64,000 nt of DNA. Origin: Octopus vulgaris (taxonomy: Eukaryota). The stretch lies in the NCBI GenBank assembly GCA_951406725.2, contig OX597822.1, forward strand, positions 90,768,001 to 90,832,000, read 5' to 3'. Below the pieces are notes generated by a model. It was not told where the DNA came from. It worked only from the letters and a program-made list of their open reading frames with translations, and did no database searches. Within the stretch, counting starts at the first letter, position 1; the number at the start of each line of letters is the position of its first letter. This document shows, one piece after another, positions 25,035 through 37,900 of the stretch. Both the position numbers and the translations under genes were made by a program.

Positions 25035-26719
25035 CACTTGCGTCAGAAATTAATTAGCACTTCTCAAATTTTTACATTTTCTTACATTTTCTTAATTTAA
25101 TTAACTTATTATCAGAAACGAACTCGTTTTTAATCAAAAATTTATTTAAACATATCATAGCATACTACATAATTGTTATTAATCGTGAAATTTAGTCAAT
25201 ATCTTGTTGCTCCTCCTTTGGCAGCAATGACAGCTGCTACGCGGGCCAGCATGCTGTCTATGAGTGCCTGCAGGTACTGTGCAGGGATGGCCCTCCATGC
25301 AGCAAGAAGTGCCCCAAACGGCTCGTGTCGGTTCCTGTATTGCTGCACATTCAAATCCCTACCCAATCACTCCAGAGGTTCTCAATAGGGTTCAGGTCAG
25401 GTGACTGGCCAGGCCAGTCAATGACTGTCACCCCATGGTCCTTGAAGAAGCCGGTTGTGAGCTTGGCTGTGTGGGGAGGCGTGTTGTCCTGCTGAAGCAC
25501 GTACTCCTCGCCACCAAAGAGGTATCCCACAGAGGGTAGGGCAGCATTCCGTACTATCTCAACGTACTTTGCTGCGTTGATGTTGCCTTCGACCGCATAG
25601 AGCCGCCCAACACCACTGTAGCTGAACGCCACCCCCACCATGCTTCATGGTGGGAGCAATGCAGTCTTTGTTGAAGTGCTCACCTCTGCGGCGTCGCACA
25701 TGGACAGGCTTGACACTGACGAGACTGAATCGCGACTCGTCAGTGAACATCACTGTCCGCCACTGCTGCACGGTCCATGTCTTGTGGGCACGGGCCCAGA
25801 GCAGCGGCTTACGGGCGGCCCTACAGGATTTTAGACCAGCTTCCAGTAATCTGGTCTTGACGGTGGTTGTAGACAACTGCTTCCCTGTCACCTTTTGCAT
25901 CTCTTCCGCCAGTTGCTGGCTCGTTGCTCTTCGGTTGTTCAGTGACTTTCGGATCAGCATCCGGTCCTCCCGCTGGGTCGTCAGCCTCTTCCGTCCCCTA
26001 CCCTTTTTGTCAGCTGCTGATCCGGTTTCCTCGTATTTCTTAAATAAGCACTGAATTGTGCGCCTGGCTACACCAAGTTTTCTGGCTATTGCAGCCTCCG
26101 ACAGCTTCCCACGCCACGAGAGAGCCTCGTACCGTCTCTCCTAGGTCATGCGAGGTCTTGGGCCCATCTAGGAATGAACGATAAAAACCAGTTATTTTCA
26201 TTAAAACTATTCATTTGAATAATGTTATGCTATAACAAAACTGCTATGAGTTATTATTCATTAAACAAAAAAGAAAGAAAGCAGAATTTCTCACCTTATT
26301 TGATGTATAACAGAAAGTTTTGTGAACCGGAAGTGACGTCACGAAGCAGAGTGTAGGAGAATTTGTGAGTAAAAAAAATCTTGCAAATACACAAATCAAT
26401 TAACCTACGAGCTGTTCAAAACGTCTTACGCGATGAGAAAACTTCGTACGGTGTGATTTCGGTCCTTGCGAGGCGCTACCTGTATCTATTAAACAAAGTA
26501 AGATTTGTCTGCATCCGCACTCCAAGTTGTTGTTGCACTGCTATGTCAACATCATTAGGCTGTAGACTCTCAAACCGCTCTGCAAACAAAGTTAAGTCAT
26601 CGTTCTGCGCAACAGTGAACTCGCAACAAAGCAATAGTTCGAGATATGGCCACTAGGTGACAGCACATACCTTGAGTGAAGAGCAAATCAAGGGTGCTAA
26701 TTAATTTCTGACGGTAGTG
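25035..26719 (-). mobile_element. Full-length Tc1 (DD34E-type) transposon, frameshifted
   Basis: TIRs CACT..CGTCAGAAATTAATTAGCAC at both ends with TA duplications; FTDESRF, QQDNTPPH, WPGQSPDLNPIENLW; ATG at 26167. Confidence 0.93.
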
Positions 26720-27299
26720 TATATATATATATATATATCATATCACCATCATCGTTTAATGTCTGTTTTCTGTGCTAGCACGGGTTGGACAGTTTGACAC
26801 TGATCTGGCAGTGTTTCTACAGCTGGATGCCTTTCCTAACGCCAACCACTCAATGAGTGTAGTGGGTGCTTTTTACGTGCCAGGGGAGGCTGGCAGTGGC
26901 CACGTTTGGATGGTGCATTTTATGTGCCACTGGCACAGCTATCACAACTACAATTTCCATTTGATATTTATTTTGATGTTGATATACTTGACTCAATAGG
27001 TCTCCTCAAGCATAACAGGTCACCCTATAATCCAAGGTAAGCACAGCAAGTCTTTCTGCAATCCAAGGTACTTTGGATGGGCTGGGGCTACTATGCGAAA
27101 CTGGTGCAGGAAACAGCCATGAACTCACGTTATTTGTCAGGTCTTTGCAGTCACAGCATATCTCCAGAGATCTCGGTCTTTCATCATTGCCTCTGTGAGG
27201 CCCAACATTTGAAGGTCATGCTTGACCACCTCATCCCATGTTTTCCTGGGTCTATATATATAAATACATACTCACAACTACATACATATATGCATGTAT

Positions 27300-28300
27300 A
27301 TGGATAGTCAATAAAAATGTATACACACATTCAATTATTATAAAGTTAGTGTTTATTAAAATACATTTAATTTTCCAAATTTAATAGATTCTACCGACAG
27401 AAATTTCTTTATGAATGCCTGTTTTTAAACTGATGGTTGCTCCAGTCCAGGTGCTACTGATTATACAAAGCAATGGAATTGGAAACATCAAGAAACACGT
27501 CGTTCAGTATATGTGTGAATTCTTGTTCAATGGCTGCTCTCATTTCCTCAACTGCTGCAAGTTTTGTACTCTCTTTTACTTGTTTCAGTCATTTGACTGC
27601 GGCCATGCTGGAGCACCGCCTTTAGTTGAGCAAATCGACCCCGGGACTTATTCTTTGTAAGCCCAGTACTTATTCTATCGGTCTCTTTTGCCAAACCGCT
27701 AAGTGACAGGGACGTAAACACACCAGCATTGGTTGTCAAGCAATGCTAGGGGGGCAAACACACACACACATATATATATATATACATATATACGACAGGC
27801 TTCTTCCAGTTTCCGTCTACCAAATCCACTCACAAGGCATTGGTCGGCCCGGGGCTATAGCAGAAGACACTTGCCCAAGATGCCACACAGTGGGACTGAA
27901 GCTGGAACCATGTGGTTGGTTAGCAAGCTACTTACCACACAGCCACTGCTGCGCCTGTAGATTATCTTTTAAGTATCCTCATAAGAAATGTCTAGTGGTG
28001 TGAGATCTAGTGAATACAGAGAGTATTCTACTGAACCTCTTTCTCAACCACTATTGTGGTGTGGGGGTGTCTCATTGTACTAGAAATAAACTGCACATCT
28101 TCAAAATCCTCTTGAATGTTTGGCATGATAAATTATCACAGCAAGTTCAAGTAAATAGATCCAATCGCAATATTGTTAAAAAGGAATACTCCAATTAATC
28201 CTTTTGCTGATAAATTGTACCATACTGTAACTCCTGGGAAAATGAACATGATGCTCCCCCTTAATTTGTGGATTCTCAGGTCCTCAGTACAATTGTGGCA
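27300..28300 (-). mobile_element. Degenerate Tc1/mariner remnant interrupted by a SINE
   Basis: DLTPLD..GYLKD-like motif near 27965-28010, continuing on the other side of the SINE at 27572-27957. Confidence 0.5.
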
Positions 28301-29105
28301 ATTGTATAAAGCTAGTATTATCTTTATATTTCATATTTCAAAACCAATTTAGAACTTTGTATTTTGCCAAAGATCCAATTCAATTAAATTTCTGATTTGC
28401 AATATTAATTTAACTAAAATACTAGGCCTTCCCAAGTCAGATGGACTAATTAGTCTAATTAGACTTTTATAGAAATTTGGTTTGTGGTCTTACCCTTATA
28501 TATTAATATAAAAACATATATATAAAGAGAAGTCATATTTAAGCTTGTTTGCTTGTCATATGTATGATATATAATATCTATCTTTATCTATCTATATATA
28601 TATATGTGTGTGTGTGTGTGTATATATATATACACACATTACGCAATGCAGTTTGATTCAGAAACTGTACTACTTCAACTTTCGAAGCCTTTAATGGGCC
28701 TTTCTTGTCAGGCTGGTAAGAATTTGAATCTTATAAATATATAAGACGCGTGTTTATAGTGATGAATTGTTATGGTTGGGGACGTATCTAGTTTCGGCAT
28801 ATTTGGAATTAGAAATTTTTTTTCTTTTGCCCTTATTTATAAGTTATTTATAAATTTAACCTTTAAAGGTATTTTTTAATATGCTGGCCATTAAAAAAAT
28901 TTATCCTATATTAGATGTAAATTTAATAGTGTTCACTTCTGGACTCTCTCACTCTATGAGAGTTTTCAGTTCGAATCGCATGTGTCTCGAATGGGCTGGA
29001 GAATTTCTATTTTGGATATATTTGGGGTACTTAATTGTGCTCATGACTTAGTGTTTGCTTCTTCCATGGGTATAAGTAAGTATTTCATTTATTTCTTTGC
29101 CGCAT

Positions 29106-29166
29106 TTATCACTGACAAAGAGAAGGTTCTTTTGAATTAACTCTGAAATCGGGTCCGATATGATAA
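29106..29166 (+). ncRNA. Type I hammerhead ribozyme, G8A-mutated core
   Basis: ttatca-CTGACAA-AGAG..CTCT-GAAA-TCGG-gt-CCGA-TA-tgataa. All three stems are present; the core reads CUGACAA instead of CUGACGA. Confidence 0.7.
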
Positions 29167-29452
29167 TAACGGAATTTTAAAGAAATTTCTGTCGGCTTTC
29201 TTCGAGATGCATGCTTATAGTGATGAATTGTATGGTTGGGGATGTTGTGTCTAGTTTCAGCATATTTGGCATTAGAAATTTTTTTCTTTTGCCCTTGTTT
29301 ATAAGTTTTATATATATATATATATATATACTCTTGTATTGCATTACTATATTCATTGAAACTTCTTCACTGTTCTCGTTCTGTTAACGTTTTGGCGTTC
29401 AGACGAGTGTACTGGCATAGATGTGGCAACATTTGAAATGTTGTCGAGGTAT

Positions 29453-29524
29453 ATGCAGCTGATGAAGACAAATCAAATATACGTTGGCAAACGTATTTTG
29501 AAGAGTCTGAAACCAGTACTGCAT
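29453..29524 (+). ncRNA. Type I hammerhead ribozyme, canonical core
   Basis: atgcag-CTGATGA-AGAC..(inner hairpin)..GTCT-GAAA-CCA-GTA-ctgcat; 6-bp stem I, minimal stem III, GUA triplet. Confidence 0.85.
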
Positions 29525-29718
29525 TATCTGTTTCTAGGTTTTTCATTTTTCAGATGTTCTTCCTAGAGGTAAGACAATTTTTTTTTCATGTTTGTTGCAC
29601 ACACGCATCTTTACTAGTACATACACAGTGAAGCTATACATTAGCATCGTATTTATTACGTTCGCTATTTTCCAGTAAATATTGGTGCTTCGTTGTGCCA
29701 TTTATTTACTTTTATATG

Positions 29719-29749
<31 letters not shown>

Positions 29750-30253
29750 ATATATTATATATCTTTTATATTGTACTTATTTCAATCATTAACCTATGGA
29801 AATGCTGGGGTGCCAGCTTGAAGACACACACACACATGTATAATTACGAAGCAAAGTTCCTACCACACTGCCATTTATTATATATTTTATTTGTTATTTA
29901 TGTTTTGGTTTATGTCTATCATTGTTTGAATTGCATAATAGTGGTTTTATCTCTAATTTATATTAGATGAAGCCTTCTGGCTTCACAGACCCCAGTTGAA
30001 CCGTCCAACCCATGCTAGCATGGAAAACGGACGCTAAACGATGATGATGATGATGATATATATATATATATATAATATATATAGGCACAGGAATGGCTGT
30101 GTGGTAAGTAGCTTGCTTACCAACCACATGGTCTGGGTTCAGTCCCACTTGAAATGTAAAAGACTTTCTCACTTTCCTGAGCATCAGACTAATACACCTG
30201 CTTGCTGTTCATTCACTTGTCTTTGTCTTTTGTTTTCCTGTAAATTTCAATTG

Positions 30254-30312
<59 letters not shown>

Positions 30313-31086
30313 TGTGGCATGTTAAAAGCACCCACTACACTCGCGGAGTGGTTGGCGTTAGGAAGGGCATCCAGCCGTAGAAACATTGCCAGATCAGACG
30401 GCCTGGTGCAGCCTTCTGGCTTCCCAAACCCCAGTTGAACCGTCCAACCCATGCTAGCATGGAAAGCAAACGCTAAATGATGATGATGATTAATCAGGCT
30501 GCTCAAATTGCCATTGACTAAAAGAAAATTTCCGACACCGACTATGGGCTCCCCAAAAATGCAGATTAATCAGATTTGTGTATACTGCACTGGGTTTTGT
30601 CTTTGTTTTAGGCCATTTTCCGACGATAAAATATTGACACTACTTATGTATTATAAGTAGTGTATAATATTTCAGTGAAAACTATTTGGTTCAATTTGGC
30701 AGTGGACATGAGAAGAATATTAAAATTTTTGTCGGCATCCTGTTGATGCTTCATGTTACCATCCCACGCACCACCGGGCCATGTGCATGTGTGTGCAGCT
30801 GGGTAAAGGCACAACAAACCCATATGTCCATTCTCCAGAATGTACCCTGTTAATGTTTCATGTTTCTAATCCTGTGCAACACAGGATGGCCCGGCAGCAT
30901 GTCTGCTTTCTATGTCATCCATGTCCGAACTATATAAGGCCAAATGTTCATACAAAAAACTAACTGCTGTTGTGACTCAAAACCATTTGAGTTTGACCAC
31001 GTCACTCCTTTCTGGAAGCTACACTCGTCACCTGCAATTAGTCCCCTCCTGAGTTCCCTCCCCTGTTTAATTGGACGAGTAAAATA

Positions 31087-31571
31087 CAGGGTGTCCCAGA
31101 ATTAACGAGGATTTGAGTGAAATTGGATGCATTTTTTTTAAAGCTCACTTTTATTTATGTTTATCATGTTTAATATGTGCTAAAAGTGTATACATTTTGA
31201 ATTTTGTTTATAATTTTATTTTCATTCCTGTTGGACCCCCTCCTATTTGTCCATGATAGCTTTTTCTCAATTTGGCAGCAATCCTTTTCTTTACCTCCAT
31301 CCCCAAGATGGAGCAATCGTTCAGCTGAGCTTAAAGAACACATTCAGTTAGCAGTGCAGGAGCTAACCCCTGAAATGCTTCAAAATGTGTTTCACAATGC
31401 TAAGGAGAGATTTGAAGTATGCAGGGATACAGACATGTTGAAAATTTTCAATAAAAGTCTGATGTAAGATTTATAAATCTATTTGTTTTAGTAATAGACA
31501 TAAAATTCAGTCAGTTTTTGAAAAATTTGCTCAATTTCATTGAAACATATAGTTAATTCTTGAACACCCTG
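31087..31571 (+). mobile_element. Tc1/mariner deletion derivative
   Basis: TIR CAGGGTGT..AGAATTAAC / GTTAATTCT..ACACCCTG; carries a transposase C-terminal remnant (ELKEHI..TPEMLQNV). Confidence 0.7.
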
Positions 31572-32484
31572 TTTGATGTAGCACTGTTAGTTGTTGAGTT
31601 GCTTGAGTAAATATTAAGATCAAAGGGCTTCTGACTGTAAACAACCCATCTTAAGCATATTGTTTCAAGGAGTATATTATCCAAAATGTATCCCTCCTTT
31701 ATAAGTGTGGGTGTGTGGTTGAGAAGCTTGCTTTCCAACTATGTTGCCTAGGGTTCAGGCCCGTGTCAGCCAAAGTCTTGTGTATTATGTAATTGCCATT
31801 ACTGCATTGGTATATAAAATAACACATACAAGTCACTTATTATTGTCATGTAATAAACAAACAGAAGTTCATGTATGAAATTGATCTGTTTTCTACTTTG
31901 CTGACGTGGCCGAAGACAGCACCGCCTGACTGGCATCCGTGTATGTGGAACGTTAAGAGCACCATCCGAGTACGATCGTTGCCATGGCCACTGACTGGCT
32001 CCCTTGCCGTGGCATGTAAAAAGCACCATTTGAGTGTGATCGTTACCAGTGTCACCTTACTGGCACTTGTGCCGGTTGCACGTGAAAAACAACATTCGAG
32101 CGAGGTCGTTGCCAGTGCCGCTGGACTGGCACCTGTGCAGGTGGCACATAAAAAACACCATTTGAGCGTGGCCATTGCCAGTACCGTGTGACTGGCCCTT
32201 GTGCCGGTGGCACATAAAAGCACCCACTTTACTTTCGGAGTGGTTGGCGTTAGGAAGGGCATCCAGCTGTAGAAACACTGCCAGATTGGATTGGAGCCTG
32301 GTGCAGCCATCTGGCTTGCCAGTTCTGTCAAACTGCCCAACCCATGCCAACATGGAAAGTGGACGTTAAACGATGATAATGATATATATATATATATATA
32401 ATATATAGACATACATATATATGTGTGTGTGTGTGTATATACATATATATATGTGTGTGTGTATATATATCTATATACATATCT

Positions 32485-32822
32485 GAGGCCCCCTTCGGTC
32501 ATGACACAGACCATGGGATTGCACCTAGAAAGTTACCCTTCCAGGCACAAATCCAGGCAAGGTTGTTTATGGAAGACCAGCAGTCGCCCATGCATACCGG
32601 CCTCTCCTCTCCACACCACCAGTGTTATACAAGGGAAAGGCAAAGGCTGATACAGCTTGGCACCTGTGACGTCGCAACTCATTTCTACAGCTGAGTGAAC
32701 TGGAGCAACGTGAAATAAAGTGTCTAGCTCAAGAACACAACACACTGTCCAGTCCGGGATTCGAGCTCACAATCTCATGATTGTAAGCTTGACACTCTAA
32801 CCACTGAGCCATGCGCCTTCAC
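32485..32822 (-). mobile_element. tRNA-derived CORE-type SINE
   Basis: Reverse complement: GGCGCATGGCTCAGTGGTTAGAG..CTCGAATCCCGG..GTGTTCTTGAGCTAGACACTTTA..CTCAGCTGTAGAAATGAGT. Confidence 0.7.
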
Positions 32823-33288
32823 ACACTCACACACACATATATATATGTGTGTGTGTGTATATATATATAGTGCTAAGAGGTCCATCTGAGTGTGATCGTT
32901 GCCATAGCAACAAACTGGCTTCCGTGCTGGTGGCATGTAAAAAGCACCATTCGAGCGTGATCGTTACCTGCATCGCCTTACTGGCACATGAAAAAGCATT
33001 TGAGCAAGGTCGTTGACAGTGCCGCTGGACTGGCTCCTGTGCAGGTGGCACATAAAAAGCACCATTTGAGCGTGGCTGTTGCCAGTACTGCATGACTGGC
33101 CCTCATGCCGGTGGCATGTAAAAGCACCCACTACACTCACGGAGTAGTTGGCATTAGGAAGGACATCCAGCTGTAGAAACCCTACCTGATCAGATTGGAG
33201 CCTGGTGCAGCCATCTGGTTCGACAAACCCCAGTCAAATCGTCCAACCCATGCTAGCATGGAAAGTGGACGTTAAACGATGATGATGA

Positions 33289-33382
<94 letters not shown>

Positions 33383-33410
33383 AATATGTGACAATTAGTT
33401 GGTTGTCATA

Positions 33411-33469
33411 ATAAAACTCAGAGTTTCGGATGCTGGGGCTGAAGCCTGCTCCGGCATCTCATCAGTTAT
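33411..33469 (-). ncRNA. Type I hammerhead ribozyme upstream of a Penelope endonuclease remnant
   Basis: Reverse complement: ataa-CTGATGA-GATGC..GCATC-C-GAAA-CTC-T-GAG-TT-ttat; GUU triplet, one extra C before GAAA. Confidence 0.72.
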
Positions 33470-33769
33470 GAAGACAAACAAAAACGCTATGAAAAATCCG
33501 TTGACTAAAGGGAAATTACTCCAATAGGTGTAGGGAAAATATACTTTGTTCATAGAATCTGCATATGCACACATGTAGACATATACATACACACACACAC
33601 GTGTGTATGGGTAGATGCTCTGAGAGTGTTACCACTAAAATAAGAATACTCTGGGCAAAGTTTAGAAAGGTTCTACCCCCACCCCCACCCACACACAGGT
33701 GAGAAAGGGCCTATTGCTCAGGGTGAAACCTATACGCCTGTTATTAGTCCAGAAATAAAGAAAAGGGAA

Positions 33770-34415
33770 AATAGGAATAGGAAAATTATCTGGTTCACAC
33801 CACCTTACTCTATCTTTAATATAGATAGATATTTCTTATCACTTATAGATAGGCATTTTCCAATCAATCATAATTATAGGAAGCTCTTTAATAGGCATAA
33901 CCTAAAAATTAGTTTTAGTTCTACAACCAACTTTAAAAATATAATTGCACACGACACACAAAAACAACAAAATGAAGCTGGCTGTTCCTGCAGAGTTAAA
34001 AATTAGTGCCTGTTAAATGGAGCTTGTATGACCAAGGCCATCATTTATGAAGCCACTGTAGACTCTACAATCACTAGTGACATAGTTTCATCAAAGAAAT
34101 ATGTGGGTCTCACAGAAGGAAATTTGAAAGCCAGGTTCAACAATCACACTTTAAGCTTCAGACACTGGGATAAAAGGAAAACAACCAAATTATCCAGTTA
34201 TATATGGTCCTCAAAAGAAAAAGGTGTCAGCTATAAGATACACTAGAAGATTTTAACCAAATGTAAGCATTACACGAATGGCAGTGGAAAGTGGGGTCTT
34301 TGCGATATGGAAAGGTGGCTCATCTGGAAAAGTTCTTTAGACCCTGCTACATGTCTAAATTCAAGAACTGAACTTTTGGGGTCATGTCCATATATGGCAA
34401 AACATTTGTTACAGT
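33770..34415 (+). mobile_element. Penelope-like element remnant: linker and GIY-YIG endonuclease (Naiad-like)
   Basis: RNRKIIWFTPPYS..., C-x-C-x5-C-x5-C linker (CSCRVKN*CLLNGAC), AIIYEA..KYVGLTEG..KARFNNH, ..LC..LNSRTE..C; in-frame TAG stops. Confidence 0.85.
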
Positions 34416-34930
34416 TTTGGACACCCCCAAGATCACAGATATGAACCTGCTTTTTATATTATGTCCGTGTACAAGCCTTTCATATGGCTTAACATTTCTT
34501 ATATATTTCTTTATATATATTTTTTCTGTATATTATTTTTCACCCTTTATAATTGTGCAACTATATACACATGTAGTATATATCAAATGTGTATGTGCGT
34601 GCATATGTACATGTGTAGGAATGATTGTATATATACGAGTGTAAAACTCTACCTGTTGTACTTGTCTCCTTCCTTCATACATATATGTATGTATATACGT
34701 TTATATATCTGCATGTGTAGATGTGTTTGACAGACAGGAGGGTGTATTTGTGTAGATACATATATAACTCAAGTTTTGCGGGGAGTGTGAATGTTTTATG
34801 GTTTATGTTTTTGCATATGTTTTTATTTGTATAGACATCTGTCCACGTATGTATGTGCATGTGCTTATAGAAATGTGTAATAATGTGTGCATGAGTGTAT
34901 ATGTGCATGTATTGTATGTATGTTTACACA

Positions 34931-37900
34931 TAGGTCTGGCAAGATAGTTGAGATGCTTGAACGGAGATGTGTGGATATATGTTGCATGCAAGAAGTAAGG
35001 TGGAGAGGAGGTTCTGCTAGGTTCCTCACAGGCAAGGAACACAGGTACAAGATTTTCTGGGCAGGGAACACTGACGGGGTTGGTGGCGTGGGTATACTTA
35101 TCGCTGAGAAATGGGTAGATAAAGTAATTGAGGTAATCAGAGTATGCGACAGAATACTTAAGATTAGATTAGCACTTCATCATAGTTTAGCAACCATTAT
35201 ATCAGCCTATGCTCCTCAGTCGGGGCTACCCGATGGACAGAAAGACCGATTCTATGACACTCTACTGCAGACTACCTCGTTGACGAACGACAGAGACCTT
35301 CTCTTTGTGGCTGGTGACTTCAATGGTCACGTTGGACGACATGCTGGGGGCTTCCATGGCGTACATGGAGGCTATGGCTATGGTTCCCGCAACGAGGAGG
35401 GAACCAGGCTGCTGGAGTTCTGCGATGCAAATAGTCTTATGATTTGCAACACTAACTTCAGGAAACCTACCAGCCACCTAGTCACCTACCGATCGGGCCA
35501 ACATACCAGCCAAATTGACTACATCCTTGCCAGGCAAAGGGAGAGATGGCTACTTATAAATGCCAAAACCTTCCCAGGCGAAGAATGTACCCCACAACAT
35601 AGACTGGTAGTTAGTGACTTTAGGATCAGGACTAGGAGGACAACCAGAAGACGACCAACATGGAGAAGAAGGATCTGGAAGCTTAAAGATCCTGTGAATG
35701 GACAGAAATTTAGGGACATGCTACTTGAAGCCTTTGACGAAGTAGAAGGGGATAGAGTATCACATGGGGTAGAGGGCAATTGGACGTTTCTAAGGGACAA
35801 CCTGCTGAGAGCCACTGACCAGATCTGTGGTTGGTGCAAAGTCCCCTCTCGTCCCAAGGTAACGTGGTGGTGGAACAGTGTTGTAGACAGGGCTATTAGA
35901 GAAAAGAGACAGACTTGGAAGCACGGGAAGAATGGTGGTAGCAGGGAATTGTATCAGACTGCTAAAAGGGAAGCTAGGAGACAGGTCTATCTAGCCAGAG
36001 GGGAAGCAGATAAGAAAAAATTTGCCAATGTTCTTCGCCGTGAGGACCAAAGACTGGAGGTGTTTCGCGTTCCAAGACAGTGTGTGAGAGAGAATTGTGA
36101 TGTGGTAGGAGAGAAGTGTGTTCGCATGGAAGATGGTTCACTTGCGCTAAATGAGAGGCTTGGAGACGCTACTATGAAAGGTTGCTGAATAAAGAAAAAG
36201 AATGGGATAAAGAGAGTCTGCCGAATGTTGACCCAACAGAGGGACCAGCTATCAGGGTTGGTAGTTCCTTGGTAGTTAAGGCAATTAGAAGCATGAAGAG
36301 AGGGAAAGCCCCAGGCCCATCAGGTATCACTGCAGAGATGCTCAAAATATCTGGTAGTGTCGGCTATAGCCTAGTCACCCGTATAGTTAATCAGGTGATA
36401 CATGAAGGAGTCATACCCAATGACTGGTGTAGCAGCATACTAGTCAACTGCTACAAAGGTAAAGGTGATGCCCTAGATACAAATAATTACAGAGGTATCA
36501 AGCTGTTGGATCAAGTGATGAAGGTTACAGAGAGGGTCATAGGCCAACTAATTAGAGAGAGAGTTAGTTTAGATGAGATGCAGTTTGGGTTCGTGCCAGG
36601 GAAAAGTACCACTGATGCTATATTCCTGGTAAGGCAGCTGCAGGAGAAATACCTAGCCAAAGATAAGCCCCTGTACCTGGCTTTTGTTGACATGGAGAAA
36701 GTTTCAGGTGTGGAAGCAAGGTTTAGAATCGAAGGGCCTTAGAGTCAATCTAGCTAAAACCAAAGTCGTAATAAGTAGGAAGGTAGACAAATCACAAACG
36801 CCTTCAGGTAGATGGCCCTGCTCGATCTGTATAAAAGGTGTAGGTAGAAACTCTATAAGATGCACCAAGTGTAAGCTATGGACACATAAGAAGTGCAGCA
36901 ATGTCATAGGAAGGCTAACTAGGAAGATGGTTTTTGTATGTGGCAGATGCTCGGGAGCATTAACCTCTGAAAATCTGCAGAAAACAACTTCCGTCACTTT
37001 CCAGGGGGAAAAACTAGAAGTAGTTGATAGCTTCCGTTATCTTGGTGACCAAGTCAGTAGTGGGGGTGGGTGTGCTGAAAGTGTAACGGCTAGAGTAAGA
37101 ATAGCCTGGGCAAAGTTTAGGGAGCTCTTACCTCTGCTGGTGACTAAAGGCCTCTTGCTCAGAGTAAAAGGCAGACTGTATGATGCATGTGTACGAACAG
37201 CCATGCTACATGGCAGTGAAACATGGGCCATGACTGCTGAGGACATGCGTAAACTCGCGAGAAATGAAGCCAGTATGCTCCGATGGATGTGTAATGTCAG
37301 TGTGCATGCTCGACAGAGCGTTAGTACCCTGAGAGAAATGTTGGACCTAAGGAGCATCAGTTGTGGTGTGCAAGAGAGACGTTTGCGCTGGTATGGTCAT
37401 GTGGCGAGAATGGATGAAGATAGGTGTGTGAAAAAGTGCCAATCCCTAGCAGTGGAGGGAACCCGTGGAAGAGGTAGACCCAGGAAAACTTGGGACGAGG
37501 TGGTGAAGCACGACCTTTGAACTTTAGGTCTCACTGAGGAAATGACCAGCGACCAAGACCTTTGGAAATATGCTGTGCGTGAAAAGACCAGGCAGGACAA
37601 GTGAGTCCAGCCCACTTATGCATGCCTTTCCTCCCTTGGACACACAAAGACCTGTTGAGGCAAGCGAAGTCGATATCGAACCTCATCCGACGACAGGCAC
37701 CTATGCCTACCCCCCTTTGCTTGCGAAGACCTGTTGGCGCAAGTGAAATCGAAATTGAACCAATCCAGGACCCCTGGACTGGAGATACGTAAAAAGCACT
37801 ATCCGAATCATGGCCGATGCCAGCGCCACCTCGACTGGCTTTCGTGTCGGTGGCATGTAAAAAGCACCATCCGAATCGTGGCCGAAGCCAGTGCCGCCTC

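Noticed and set aside
28665-28715. Minus-strand CTGACAA..GAAA hammerhead-like motif
   Set aside because: Stem II is irregular and there is no convincing stem III, NUH or stem I.
31900-32230. CRISPR-like repeat/spacer periodicity (GGCAC.TAAAAAGCACC)
   Set aside because: Eukaryotic context, the intervening segments are homologous to each other, there are no cas genes, and the array is part of the RTE 3' UTR.
33990-34310. Selenocysteine recoding in the Naiad-like ORF
   Set aside because: The in-frame stops seen are TAG, not TGA, and no SECIS was recognised; a TGG at an expected Cys position is uninformative.
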